From positions 35,595-99,594 of the forward strand of contig JAKALS010000002.1 in assembly GCA_021813145.1 (NCBI GenBank): a stretch of DNA of 64,000 bases, given 5' to 3'. How positions within the stretch are numbered: position 1 is the first letter of the stretch; every line of letters starts with the position of its first letter. This DNA is from a bacterium. GTDB lineage: Bacteria; Patescibacteriota; Microgenomatia; Levybacterales; UBA12049. The notes beneath the pieces are model-generated. The model was not told the DNA's origin, did no database searches, and saw nothing but the letters and a program-made list of their open reading frames with translations. This document shows positions 44,469 to 55,061 of the stretch, in pieces. The position numbers and the translations under genes are program-made.

Positions 44469-47007
44469 CGGGGATAGTTAATATATTTTCCAAAATAAAT
44501 AATCTTTTTTCCGCAAATAAAGAATAATATTTAAGATTCGGAGAAAACTCTTTTATTTTTTTGTAATGCTTGCTGTTAAGTTTGGCTACAAGTTCCTTTT
44601 TGGGGGAATTTATTATGTAATCCATATTATCGAAATTATTAGTAATAATGACATATGTAGGAAAAGTGGAATTCTGAGCCGAAATAACCGAATACTGGTA
44701 TCTTGTTTGTATATCGGAATTATGTTGCTTAAAGTAAAATTCTTTTAACACAAAATCGGGCAACATCTGGTAGATAGGAATATTTTCTATACCGACTGAG
44801 GCGTTTTCGGGAATATTTGCCAATATCCACTCCGAGGAAGTTTGTCTTGGATCCGGAAAAAACTTTACCGAAAGCCATGAAGCAGACTGAATCACTTGAA
44901 ATGATAATCCCAAAAATAAAATCACAATAAACAACTTTTTATATTTGATAATAAAAAGTTGTTTTATAAAAAGTGCGGATAAAAGAATAATAAACGGCGT
45001 CAAGATCAAAGCCCTATTTCCTCCCCCGTCAACGCTAAATGATATTACTCCAAGCAGGTATAATACCGAGCCAAATAATATCAGAATTTCCGCTTTATAC
45101 CCGTTTATCTTCTTCCCCAAAAATGCAATAGTTAAAAATATTGCCCAGTAAATTATGCTTATATAGAATAACGAAATTAAAAAGATACCGAATATCGATG
45201 GAAACTCTTTAAGTAAAAGGAATATTTGTGATGGATATCCTAAATTAAATTGTGTGCTCGATTCAGGCCCCTGTATCAAAGTTGAATATAAAAGTTGAAA
45301 ATAATTTCCTTTGCCCAAAAGTAAATCGGGTATTCCAACAAAAGCAAACACAAGCCCCACGACTCCGATCCCCAATAGCAGTTCTTTATAGCTTCTATTT
45401 TTGTAAAATAGAAAGTATCCTAAGATATATACGCAAATCAGCGGTATCGCAGTAAATTTCGTGGACATTGCCAAACCTAAAGCAATTCCGGAAAATATAA
45501 ATTTATATATGTTTTGTGTTTTTAATAAATCGATTAAAAAATATAAAAAGACAATTACCCAAAATGTAAGAGTAACATCGTATTTATAGTAGTTTGTCAA
45601 AGATAACCAGATAGGATTAAAAACAAATAGAGCGGTAAAGATGGATGGGAAAATACCTATAAATTTTTTAAGTATCGTATAGATAAACAATGCCGAAAGT
45701 ATCCCGTAAAAAAGCGTATGAAGTCTTAATATTTCAAATAGTATATGCTGCATGGGTAAATTGTCCAAGGTATACTTAATGGCAAACGGGTTTACTATAT
45801 GCAAAAGATAAAAAGGGATAAGAAAAACTATCGAAGAAACTATATGATACAAGGGAATACTTGCTGCTCCGCTTACCGAACCCGTTCCATCTTTTATAAA
45901 TGTTCTCAATGCCTGGGAAAAATGCCACTCATCCATTGCATAAGTAAAAGGATGCGAAGGGCCGGGTATTCCCCAACTTATTAAATAAAATATTAAAGCA
46001 GAATAAATTATCAGGATTAAAAATAAAAATTTATTTTTGAATACGGCTTTGATAAAATTTTTAACTGAAAGACTTTGAAGAAAGCCAAATGATGTACCCG
46101 TAATTACAGCAATATCCGAAGAAAATTGTAGCAATGGAAGATAAAGAAAAGCTTTACTGTCTTTTATATATCTGTAATTTTTATTTATTGACCAGAACAT
46201 GTATGATACAAGTCCCAATGCTATAAATGAGTCAAGGACATAAGACTTCATTACAACTGCAAGGGCAAGAATATAGACTGCAAAAATATATCTTAAAAAT
46301 AAAAATGGTGTATTTTGCCTGAAGTATCTTGCAAACCCGTCTCCTCTTGCATACCCGAAAAACTGTTTAATTGCTTGTAATAAATTTTTTCTTTGCGGCC
46401 AATATACAGTTGCATCTTTAACAAACTTAAATTTATATCCATTATCTTTTAACCTTTTATCGAAAATTAGGTCCTCGCATGTGTTTAATTTCTCAGGATA
46501 TCCGCCCACCCTTTTCCAGGCAGTCTTTCTAAATGCAACTGACCTTGAAGAGGGAAGAAAATTATCCGCATCTATTCTATCTGGCATTACACTTGTATAA
46601 GTAGCAAGACACTTCTGGAATACTGTTTTTGCAACAGGTGAATAATAACCGGAAGAAACATTTATTTTTTTGTCCGAAAAAGGTTTAATAATATTTTTAA
46701 TCCAGTCTTTATCCAAAATGCATCCTGCATCAGATATTAGAATAATCTCGTTTACAGCCTTTTTAATACCCTCATTTCTCCCTACGGACCTGTTACCTTT
46801 TTTAAATATTAATTTAATGTTGGGAATATATTTTTTATGGGGAATTCTGAATTCCGAAATTTTTTCAACGGTATTGTCCGTTGAACCTGCATCTACTATT
46901 ATTATTTCGTCGGGAAGAACACTTTGATTAAAAATAGACTCCAAAAAATTTGTTATGGAGTCTTCTTCGTTAAAAACCGTCGTAATAAACGATGTTTTAA
47001 TTCTCAT
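44443..47007 (-). CDS. Fusion protein: N-terminal GT2 domain + large C-terminal polytopic membrane (GT-C-like) domain
   Basis: N-terminus [10 protein letters not shown]...[10 protein letters not shown] and ISDAGC are GT2. More than 12 TM helices follow. Confidence 0.65.
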   Translation of the reverse strand: MRIKTSFITTVFNEEDSITNFLESIFNQSVLPDEIIIVDAGSTDNTVEKISEFRIPHKKYIPNIKLIFKKGNRSVGRNEGIKKAVNEIILISDAGCILDKDWIKNIIKPFSDKKINVSSGYYSPVAKTVFQKCLATYTSVMPDRIDADNFLPSSRSVAFRKTAWKRVGGYPEKLNTCEDLIFDKRLKDNGYKFKFVKDATVYWPQRKNLLQAIKQFFGYARGDGFARYFRQNTPFLFLRYIFAVYILALAVVMKSYVLDSFIALGLVSYMFWSINKNYRYIKDSKAFLYLPLLQFSSDIAVITGTSFGFLQSLSVKNFIKAVFKNKFLFLILIIYSALIFYLISWGIPGPSHPFTYAMDEWHFSQALRTFIKDGTGSVSGAASIPLYHIVSSIVFLIPFYLLHIVNPFAIKYTLDNLPMQHILFEILRLHTLFYGILSALFIYTILKKFIGIFPSIFTALFVFNPIWLSLTNYYKYDVTLTFWVIVFLYFLIDLLKTQNIYKFIFSGIALGLAMSTKFTAIPLICVYILGYFLFYKNRSYKELLLGIGVVGLVFAFVGIPDLLLGKGNYFQLLYSTLIQGPESSTQFNLGYPSQIFLLLKEFPSIFGIFLISLFYISIIYWAIFLTIAFLGKKINGYKAEILILFGSVLYLLGVISFSVDGGGNRALILTPFIILLSALFIKQLFIIKYKKLFIVILFLGLSFQVIQSASWLSVKFFPDPRQTSSEWILANIPENASVGIENIPIYQMLPDFVLKEFYFKQHNSDIQTRYQYSVISAQNSTFPTYVIITNNFDNMDYIINSPKKELVAKLNSKHYKKIKEFSPNLKYYSLFAEKRLFILENILTIPVAVTIYEK

Positions 47008-47054
47008 TAAAAACTTGTTGAAATTATAGCATTTTCTGTTTTAAAATACATTAA

Positions 47055-48896
47055 ATGTGGCTTCATTTATTTACAACCCTGCCTTCAAATATTCTCACGA
47101 ACTTTGAATATCTTAAAGCGGATTTTACGGGTTTTCATATCTCTTTAAATTTCTTCCTCAACTTTGTTCTGGGAAATTTTATATCGGCTGTTTTTCTCAC
47201 ATTAGCACTATTAATCGGTAAAAATATAAAAAAATTATTATTCATGAATAATAATTTAAATTATCTGACTGATTTTGCATTAGGTTCTATATTTATAGGC
47301 ACCGGAGTAGCTATACTTGGTTTTTTCTCTTTAATAAACCGCCTGTCTCTTAGTGTTTATATTTTGTTTTTATTCCTAATTTCTTTTTATCAAGTAGACC
47401 TTAATTACTTTAGAAATGTCAAAAAAGATTTTTTTGCCGACATAAATATTTTAAAAAGGAAAAAATTAGTTTTCATTTGGGTTTTACTTTTTATTTTGTT
47501 AGCGACCGTAAATCTTATAAATCCCGAAATACGGGAAGACCAGTATCATGTGGATTTACCCAAGATGTATCTGGCCCAAAAGACAATAATGATACCCTCC
47601 AAAGAACAAATCCATGTCTCCGCAAGTCCTCTTTTATCGGAAATGACTTATATGCTGGGTATTTTTGTATGGTCCGAAGAATCGACAAGATACATCCATT
47701 TTTTATTTTATCTGTTTGTTCTTTTAACCTTACTGCAATTTTCTAAAATTAAAGGTTATGAATTTTCAATATTTACCCCGCTTCTATTTGTCAGCGCACC
47801 GGTTGTTTTACATGAAACATCGTCTATGTATGTAGACTTTCAGTGGATTTTTTATTTCTTGCTGGCAATTCTATCAGTAATAAAACAAAAAGATATTTTA
47901 ACATCTAATATTTTTCTTACAGGAATCCTGCTTGGAGCTATGGTTTCCTCAAAGCTTTGGACAATAGTTTTTATTCCTGTAATTGTAGTTTTTCTGTTTA
48001 TAGCTGAAAGAGACAGCGGTATAAAGAAAATTTTAAAATATTTTATTATATTAGCTGCAGGAACCTTACTAATATCTTTTATATGGTTTTTAAGAGCATA
48101 TATCCTAATGGGTAATCCGTTCTACCCTGCTTTTGCCAATCAGCAGGTTTTAGGAGAACCGGCATTTAAAGTACCTATTACAAGACTTATTACGCTTAAT
48201 ACTTTCCTTATAAACCCTTTTAACAGTCTGAATATCGTTAGCCCGTTATTTTTTGCTGGAATCTTTCTATTTCTTTACAAATTTGAAAACAATTTAAAGA
48301 TGATAAAAAATAGAATGTTTCTTCTGCTTGGACTAACTTTGTTGTTATATCTTTCGATAAATTACCCTTACGGAAGATATCTTTTAGGTCTTTATGTTTT
48401 GTTTATTTTCTTTTCTTCTGTAGGAATTGCCAATACCTACAAATTTTTATCTGTCAGATTGCTTTTAAATACGGTTTTATTTTTAATATTCGGTTACTAC
48501 TTTATTAATTCCGTAATGGTTTTACCTTATGCTATCGGAATAGATAACAAAAATAACTACCTTACCAGAATTTTATCCAGAGACAACTCGAGCTATTATA
48601 ATTTCGACAACAAATTTAATAAATTTATCAACAAAAAAGATTACGTGGCGACATATGGAATATTCGGCTATTATTATGCGGATTTTAAATATACCGATGT
48701 TGATTATGTTTTTAATGAAGAAGGAGAATCTTTTAATCTATTAAAAGAAAAAGGGGTAACAAAACTTTTTATAAAAGGAGGGGACATAAACTATTTTTGC
48801 TCTGTTTTAAAATTAAAAAACTGTACACCCGATAAATATACTTACCTTTCCGGTTTTATGGGAACCCAACCCTATTATCTTTATGGTATAAAATAG
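47055..48896 (+). CDS. Polytopic membrane protein, putative GT-C glycosyltransferase
   Basis: 613 aa with many TM helices. No signature recognised. The call rests on context. Confidence 0.3.
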   Translation: MWLHLFTTLPSNILTNFEYLKADFTGFHISLNFFLNFVLGNFISAVFLTLALLIGKNIKKLLFMNNNLNYLTDFALGSIFIGTGVAILGFFSLINRLSLSVYILFLFLISFYQVDLNYFRNVKKDFFADINILKRKKLVFIWVLLFILLATVNLINPEIREDQYHVDLPKMYLAQKTIMIPSKEQIHVSASPLLSEMTYMLGIFVWSEESTRYIHFLFYLFVLLTLLQFSKIKGYEFSIFTPLLFVSAPVVLHETSSMYVDFQWIFYFLLAILSVIKQKDILTSNIFLTGILLGAMVSSKLWTIVFIPVIVVFLFIAERDSGIKKILKYFIILAAGTLLISFIWFLRAYILMGNPFYPAFANQQVLGEPAFKVPITRLITLNTFLINPFNSLNIVSPLFFAGIFLFLYKFENNLKMIKNRMFLLLGLTLLLYLSINYPYGRYLLGLYVLFIFFSSVGIANTYKFLSVRLLLNTVLFLIFGYYFINSVMVLPYAIGIDNKNNYLTRILSRDNSSYYNFDNKFNKFINKKDYVATYGIFGYYYADFKYTDVDYVFNEEGESFNLLKEKGVTKLFIKGGDINYFCSVLKLKNCTPDKYTYLSGFMGTQPYYLYGIK

Positions 48897-48914
48897 CTTT
48901 ATGGCTCTTATAAA

Positions 48915-50651
48915 ATGGTTTTTGTAAACATTATCGCTTCCCTTATTTTAGGAGCAGGGCTTTTTGTCTACCGCTTTGTTTATCCTAAGAAAAAAATAAA
49001 TGTATTCGCACTTCTGTTGCTTATTCTGATTCTACCCGTTATAAGCATTACCAGAACGGGAGCATATCAATCGGGAGATTTTGATATTCATATTTACCGC
49101 ACAATGGCCTTTTACGGCTCTTTAAGCGAAGGGCACTTTATGCCTTCCTGGGCGGAAAATTTAAATGCCACATACGGATATCCGTTATTTATTTTCAACT
49201 ATGTTCTTCCTTATTACATTATTTCCTTATTCCATTTTATTGGGCTTAGTTATATTTCAAGCATGAAGCTATTTCTGGCATTAAGTCTTTATCTTTCAGG
49301 AATATTTATGTATATAATGGCAAAAGAAAAATTTAAAGATAATCTATCCGCCTTTACTTCCGCAATATTTTATACCTTTGTTCCCTATCATCTTATATCA
49401 GTACACTTCAAGATTACCATCGGGGAAGTACTGTCTTTTACGATTATTCCCGTTCTTTTTATATTTATTAACCGCTTATTAAAAAATAAAGATAAATTTT
49501 CCCTCATTCTTAGCGGATTTTTCTTAGGACTCTTGGGCCTAAGCCATATTTTTATTGCTATTATTATGGTCCCTATCCTTTTTGTTTATATTCTCTTCTA
49601 TGTTAAGCCCAAAACCGGCATCCTCTATTTTCTCTCAATCTTTGGAATAGGTGCGCTTATTACCTTTTATCAGTGGCTTCCTCCTATTCTTTATAACAAA
49701 TATCTTTTTATACATAAGTATCCTATTGATACCTCTGCTCTTTATTACCCGACGATAAAGGATTTATTGTATGCTCCTTGGAGATTCGGACTGCTTTTCC
49801 AGGGTCCTAAAGGGCAAATCTCCGACTTGATCGGTTATGCTCAATTATTCGTAATAGGTATCTTTGTATACCTACTTTTTAAGAAGAAAATCCCAAGGGT
49901 ATACACAAAAGAAATAATTGCCTGGCTTTTACTGTTTTTAGTGCTGATATTCTTTATTACTCCTTATTCAAAGATAATATGGATACACCTGCCGCTTATA
50001 AGTGATGCGGGAACCCAAAGATTACTTATACCTGTAGCCTTATCTACATCAATTCTTGCAGGCTTTCTTACCTACCTTAATCGAAAAAGAATTTTTCCAA
50101 TAACTCTGCTTATACTTTTTGCAATATTTTCTACAATTCTTAATTGGGGACAAAGAACTGTAATTCCCCAGATAAATGACTCTGTTCTTTCAAAAAATTT
50201 GCCTTATAGCACTTCCCAGGGAGAAGGACACTTCTATGCAAACACCGGGTGGGCAAACCCCAATCATCCCTGGTTTTCGGTGATTCCCTTAAATCATTTG
50301 GAAATTCTAAAAGGTATCGCGAAGTTTACGGAACTAAAAAGAATATCCGTTGAACATGAGTATATTATTAATTCCGTTACGCCTATAAGCGTAAACGAAA
50401 ACACCTTATACTTTCCCGGTTGGTCGGCAACAGATAACAAAAAACCGTTAGGAATAAGGCCAGACAAAAACGGAGTTATAACTTTCACCCTGCCTAAAGG
50501 GAAAAATCTTGTTATACTAAGATATAACGATTTATATTGGTTTAGTATAAGTAAGATTGTTAGCGGAGGATTAATTCTAATAATTATTCTTTTTTCAGGG
50601 TTTTACCTAACTAAGAAGATTTTATACCCCAAAGTTTTAAGTAAACATTAA
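48915..50651 (+). CDS. Polytopic membrane protein, YfhO/GT-C-like
   Basis: 578 aa with many TM helices and a C-terminal extracytoplasmic domain. The call rests on context. Confidence 0.3.
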   Translation: MVFVNIIASLILGAGLFVYRFVYPKKKINVFALLLLILILPVISITRTGAYQSGDFDIHIYRTMAFYGSLSEGHFMPSWAENLNATYGYPLFIFNYVLPYYIISLFHFIGLSYISSMKLFLALSLYLSGIFMYIMAKEKFKDNLSAFTSAIFYTFVPYHLISVHFKITIGEVLSFTIIPVLFIFINRLLKNKDKFSLILSGFFLGLLGLSHIFIAIIMVPILFVYILFYVKPKTGILYFLSIFGIGALITFYQWLPPILYNKYLFIHKYPIDTSALYYPTIKDLLYAPWRFGLLFQGPKGQISDLIGYAQLFVIGIFVYLLFKKKIPRVYTKEIIAWLLLFLVLIFFITPYSKIIWIHLPLISDAGTQRLLIPVALSTSILAGFLTYLNRKRIFPITLLILFAIFSTILNWGQRTVIPQINDSVLSKNLPYSTSQGEGHFYANTGWANPNHPWFSVIPLNHLEILKGIAKFTELKRISVEHEYIINSVTPISVNENTLYFPGWSATDNKKPLGIRPDKNGVITFTLPKGKNLVILRYNDLYWFSISKIVSGGLILIIILFSGFYLTKKILYPKVLSKH

Positions 50652-51681
50652 CCAAATTTTCCCAGGTTTGATTTTTAACCCAATTATACGCGTCATTAAT
50701 TTCCAGTTCGCTGTTTTTATTTAAAACTTTAATTAATTTTTCCGCAATTTCTTCTCCGTTTTTTGCAATAATTATATCTTTTGCAAAAGGCGCCATTTGC
50801 AAATAATCTCTCTTAATTGCATTGTTATATTCTGCAATAACTAACTTTTTTGCCGCCATTGCTTCCAGTATCCCTAGGTATCTGGAAACAAATACATAAT
50901 TTGCAGAATTGATATATTTTTCAACATTATTTATAAAACCTTTAAATTCTACGTTAAGATCGTTTTCTTTTACGTACTTTTTAGCAGCATTTTCGAGGCT
51001 ACCTTCACCTAGAACTGTTAGCTTTAAATCCTTTCCTTTATTTCTTAATATACTTAATGCTTTCAAGTACTCTAATATTCCTGTTTCTTCTTCCAGTCTC
51101 CCGACAAAGACAGCCTCGTTTTTTGATTTTTCGCCCTTAAATTCATTTAAGTCTACCGCCCCGTATGTTACAAATGCAGGTTTTGTTCCATACCATTTTT
51201 TTAAAAAATCCCCTACGCATATATTTCCGTTGGAAAGTTTTTCAGCCAGCTTATGCATGTAAATCGCCTTTCTTCCCGGAATATTATTGCCTTCATATCC
51301 ATGGAAAGTAGTAAATATTTTTTTTCGAGGATATAAAAATCTAAAAAGCAAATACCAAAAGAATACGTCATGGCAATGCACTATATCTGCTTCTTTTATT
51401 AATTCACGTTTGCCCCAAAGCTCTTTCCATATCCTAAACTTCTTCCAACGGTTGTCTTTACCCGCTTCTATCTTAACCGAAGCTATCCCGAATACCTTTC
51501 CCGTGGCTTTAGCGCTTGAAGAATTTGAGTGCTTATCTAAACTATGAGTTTTTTCAAAATTTTCGGAAATAACCGTTACCCGATAACCATTTTCTGCTAA
51601 AATTTTTCCAATTTCTAAAACATGCCTCTCTACTCCCCCAATTTCCGGATAAAATCTCCTCGCTAAAAATAAAACCTTCAT
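50611..51681 (-). CDS. Glycosyltransferase family 4 (GT-B)
   Basis: MKVLFLARRFYPEIGGVERHV N-terminus. Confidence 0.7.
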   Translation of the reverse strand: MKVLFLARRFYPEIGGVERHVLEIGKILAENGYRVTVISENFEKTHSLDKHSNSSSAKATGKVFGIASVKIEAGKDNRWKKFRIWKELWGKRELIKEADIVHCHDVFFWYLLFRFLYPRKKIFTTFHGYEGNNIPGRKAIYMHKLAEKLSNGNICVGDFLKKWYGTKPAFVTYGAVDLNEFKGEKSKNEAVFVGRLEEETGILEYLKALSILRNKGKDLKLTVLGEGSLENAAKKYVKENDLNVEFKGFINNVEKYINSANYVFVSRYLGILEAMAAKKLVIAEYNNAIKRDYLQMAPFAKDIIIAKNGEEIAEKLIKVLNKNSELEINDAYNWVKNQTWENLVNVYLKLWGIKSS

Positions 51682-51763
51682 CTATGAAATTCTAGCATTT
51701 GAGGCTACAATAAACAACCTGCCAATTGCTCTTTAAATATATGAGGTAGCTATTCCGGATTAT

Positions 51764-52756
51764 TTACTTATTTGTGGATTGTTTGACAAAATACCTCTTC
51801 CAGCCGAAGGAAATCACCAGGTAAACAAGAAGGTCTATAAGCCAGAACCACTTGCAGAAGATGCTTGCGGAGTCTACTACAAACCACCAGACACCCTGCC
51901 CCAGGCAGCCTTTATTAATAAGAATAAATATTATGTAGGCCAGAATCGGAATTACCAGCCCCCATACCAGCTTTCTTTTTATATACTTCTTTCCTATCCC
52001 CTTGTTAAACACAAAGTACAAGTAAAGTATAAGTACAATGATTTCCCCTAAAATAATAGGCCACCAGATACACTGTCCGCATGCGCTTACCTTAACCTCT
52101 TCGTTGGTTGACTTGCCCAGTACCTCTTTTTTTGGGGCGGGAGTCGGCGAAACTGCAACTCCTAGGACTTCCTGCCCTCCCCCTATTCCCGTAACGGTTA
52201 CAGGGCCTGCAGGGTCTCCGGGCATACAGCCGTTAACCGCTTTTACCCAGAAAAAATACTGGTTAACCGCAAGACCCGAAATGGTATAGCTTGTAACGTT
52301 GCCCGTATCGGGAACTCCCCATTTTTGAGTATCGGGATTGTCGGAATAAGATATCTGAAACGTTGTAAAAGGCCCCTGCGGGGGGATCCAGGAAAGGGTT
52401 ACCTCCCCCGGCCCCGGCCCTGCAACTGCAACTAAGCTAATCGGTGTACCTACCGGTTTTGTATCGGAACATGTAGACGAAGAGCTTCCCCCTCCTCCTC
52501 CCCCTCCGCCATTATTATTGTTTCCGTTGGGGGACGTAGTAGGAGAAGGTGTAGAAGAAGGATTAGGGTTATTAGCTACCGAACAGGGGTTACCGGATGA
52601 ATTAACAGAATTAATATTCACGCAATTAGAAACAACCGTTCCGCTGAATGCGCTACCCGTATTTACCTCCTGCGCGTACACAGAAAACATGCCGGCCATA
52701 AGGAAAAAGCCGATAATCAAAATAAACCCTAATAAAAATTTATTTAGTTTTTTCAT
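51764..52756 (-). CDS. Secreted/membrane protein: signal peptide, poly-Asn/Gly linker, FN3-like domain, two EVLG motifs, C-terminal multi-TM region
   Basis: Seen in sequence. NNNNGGGGGGGGSSSS linker. FN3-like block is about 65% identical to the 56897..58117 protein. Motifs GQEVLGV and KKEVLGK. Confidence 0.6.
   Translation of the reverse strand: MKKLNKFLLGFILIIGFFLMAGMFSVYAQEVNTGSAFSGTVVSNCVNINSVNSSGNPCSVANNPNPSSTPSPTTSPNGNNNNGGGGGGGGSSSSTCSDTKPVGTPISLVAVAGPGPGEVTLSWIPPQGPFTTFQISYSDNPDTQKWGVPDTGNVTSYTISGLAVNQYFFWVKAVNGCMPGDPAGPVTVTGIGGGQEVLGVAVSPTPAPKKEVLGKSTNEEVKVSACGQCIWWPIILGEIIVLILYLYFVFNKGIGKKYIKRKLVWGLVIPILAYIIFILINKGCLGQGVWWFVVDSASIFCKWFWLIDLLVYLVISFGWKRYFVKQSTNK
52130..52510. repeat. 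Paralogous DNA segment (poly-Gly/FN3 module), copy 1; copy 2 at about 57000-57400
   Basis: Roughly 85% nucleotide identity by eye across about 110 bp (compare 52215-52325 with 57092-57200). Confidence 0.5.
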
Positions 52757-54933
52757 AGAAGAAAGATTTTTAACGCCTTCATTCTTTCCTCAAGGGAAAT
52801 TCTTTTTCCGAATATTGTCACAAACTTATCTTTTTGCCTGAAGCTCTTTAAAGCTATATATGCCATTATTACCGTAATCAAAGCATACAAAGGTCCGTAA
52901 TCGTTACCGGCTGTACCATTTTTAATTGCCGTAGGATAATGAGCTCCCAATACTTCGGATTTAGGATTATTAGGAGTTTGGAAAATAACGGAGTTACTTA
53001 CAAATCCTCCTCCCAAAACCGTAAAGTAAGAATCTCCAAATGCCGTTACTGTTGCGTCATTCGGCCCCACATTTCCATACGCAAAGGCCCGAGCAGTGTA
53101 TATTCCCGAAGGGGTATTGTCCGACAAAACAAGACCCGTTGAGACCTTAACCCCCTGCCCTGCAGGAATATTTCCCAGGTTGTATCCTGCTCCTCCCGCT
53201 GGAACACCGTTTCTCATTAAATAAAGCATCAGTTTTGCGTTATAAACAGTTCCCGTTCCCGTATTTTTTACATTAATAAAGAAGGTAACCGTATCACCGG
53301 GCTTAACATAACTTCCCGTGTTATTAGTGTTTTCCACGGAAAGCATTCCTCCAGATTCCATAGTCGAAGTCGTAGTAGAGGTCACCGTATTGGTATTGGT
53401 ATTTGTATTTGTATTTGTATTGCTTTGGATGCTTGGAAAATTGCTCGCTCCGCCTATATCTCCGTTCCAGTCTCCGAAAATATTAATAAATCCGAAAAAT
53501 CCTACGGAGTTTATAAAGGTGCTGTTTATAAAATTTATTAGAGATATAACACTATATGCATTGCCTGTAGTTATATAACCGCCACCCGAAAGATTATTTT
53601 CTCCCGTATTTGCAAACGAGGAAATATTATTGTTTATTACGGCATTATTATTAATATTAGTATTGGCCGAACAGGAGGCACAATTACTCGTATTCGGACC
53701 GAGGCTATAAAATACAAGAGTCGCTCCTCCCGACTGGGGATCCAAAGCTCCCCACCCTACAAAATTACCGTTCCAGTTGCCGTAATCGTTAATATACAAA
53801 ACTTTAGCATTTACCCCCACAAGATTTGTATTTACAAGATTTATTGTATTTATATCACTTGTAGAATTTCCTGTATTAAAGGTGGCGCTGCCCGAAGCCG
53901 TATTTTGTCCCGTATTTGCACCGGAATTTAGATTATTATTGACATCTGCATTGTTGTTTGTATTAAGATTGACTCCGCAAGTGGAACTTGAACAGTTTGT
54001 TGATGAATTCAAGTCGGGAAGAATTATATTTCCGTTCAGTTTCCCAAAAAGGTTTATTGTAATTACATGAATTTCGGAATTAACAACGGTAAAATTAACC
54101 TTATTAAGAAGCGACACCACCGAGTATGCATTTCCCGTATTAATAACTGCCGAATCTGTTGCCCCATTCACCTGATTGCTTCCCGTATTTGCAAAAGACA
54201 CAAGGTCATTGGAAAGATATGAATAGTTATTAATCGTTGTGGCAGAAATATTAATTGTGGGTTCATTTGGATAGGATTGAACGGCGTTAGCCGCAAGAGT
54301 AAAAGGATCGGAAAGGTTAATATCTCCGTTTTGTGTTACAAAAATATTTATTGTCTGGTAAACAACCTGTGAGTTAACGTTTGTACTATTTACCGTATTA
54401 TCCGCCGAAATTACGGAAGCGGCATCCCCCGTGTTAACAGCAGTGTTTGATGAAACAGTTGAACCGTTATTCGTAGCAGCCGAACCCGTTGCATCAACAG
54501 TATTGTCTCCCGTTATAGCCGAGGATGATGCGGAATTTGTAACATCCGCCGAGTTTGAAGCATTAAGTATTGTATCAACAGGAGAAGGAGTGGGTGTAGG
54601 CGAAGTGCTTGGATCGGGTGTTGTACTAGGATCGGGTGCTGGAGAAGACGTTGTATTAACTGTATCTGTGGTAACCGTAGTGCCCGATGGCGAAGGAGAA
54701 GGGCTTGGGCTTGAACTTGGGTCAGGTGTAGAACTTGGAGCGGGAGTTGAACCTACCGAATTATTTCCGGTATTTGTGATAGTCGTTGAAGTATTATCGA
54801 CCGTAGTAGGGCTGGAAGAAGGACTCGGAGAAGGAGATGCATCATCGGCAAAAGCAGGAGCGGGCACAGAATATAGAAGCACTATTGTTAATGCTAAAAA
54901 TACTGCGAAAATTTTTTTTATTTTTAATAACAT
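52753..54933 (-). CDS. Large secreted Pro/Thr/Ser- and Asn-rich surface protein with C-terminal SEVLGA motif + hydrophobic helix + basic segment
   Basis: Signal peptide, SPSPSP...TPTPSP linker, Asn/Thr-rich repeats, a (NT)n tract, and C-terminal ...KSEVLGAHYPTAIKNGTAGNDYGPLYALITVIMAYIALKSFRQKDK... Confidence 0.6.
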   Translation of the reverse strand: MLLKIKKIFAVFLALTIVLLYSVPAPAFADDASPSPSPSSSPTTVDNTSTTITNTGNNSVGSTPAPSSTPDPSSSPSPSPSPSGTTVTTDTVNTTSSPAPDPSTTPDPSTSPTPTPSPVDTILNASNSADVTNSASSSAITGDNTVDATGSAATNNGSTVSSNTAVNTGDAASVISADNTVNSTNVNSQVVYQTINIFVTQNGDINLSDPFTLAANAVQSYPNEPTINISATTINNYSYLSNDLVSFANTGSNQVNGATDSAVINTGNAYSVVSLLNKVNFTVVNSEIHVITINLFGKLNGNIILPDLNSSTNCSSSTCGVNLNTNNNADVNNNLNSGANTGQNTASGSATFNTGNSTSDINTINLVNTNLVGVNAKVLYINDYGNWNGNFVGWGALDPQSGGATLVFYSLGPNTSNCASCSANTNINNNAVINNNISSFANTGENNLSGGGYITTGNAYSVISLINFINSTFINSVGFFGFINIFGDWNGDIGGASNFPSIQSNTNTNTNTNTNTVTSTTTSTMESGGMLSVENTNNTGSYVKPGDTVTFFINVKNTGTGTVYNAKLMLYLMRNGVPAGGAGYNLGNIPAGQGVKVSTGLVLSDNTPSGIYTARAFAYGNVGPNDATVTAFGDSYFTVLGGGFVSNSVIFQTPNNPKSEVLGAHYPTAIKNGTAGNDYGPLYALITVIMAYIALKSFRQKDKFVTIFGKRISLEERMKALKIFLL
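53387..53422. repeat. In-frame hexanucleotide tandem repeat (GTATTK)x6 encoding (Asn-Thr)n
   Basis: Seen in sequence: gtattggtattggtatttgtatttgtatttgtattg. Confidence 0.7.
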
Positions 54934-55061
54934 AACTGCTCCTTTTTCCTGTTGTTTTCGTACCTATTTTATGCTTAACGCGGTAGGCACTTTATAGGCT
55001 TAATCCTATATTTTTTCTGTATTAAATATCACAGCGATAAGTTCAATTAATTCTTCCGTCC

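Noticed and set aside
54431-54997. 188-aa plus-strand ORF rich in Val/Gly/Glu
   Set aside because: It is the antisense translation of the Pro/Thr/Ser-rich linker of the 52753..54933 gene. Such low-complexity mirror ORFs are artefacts.
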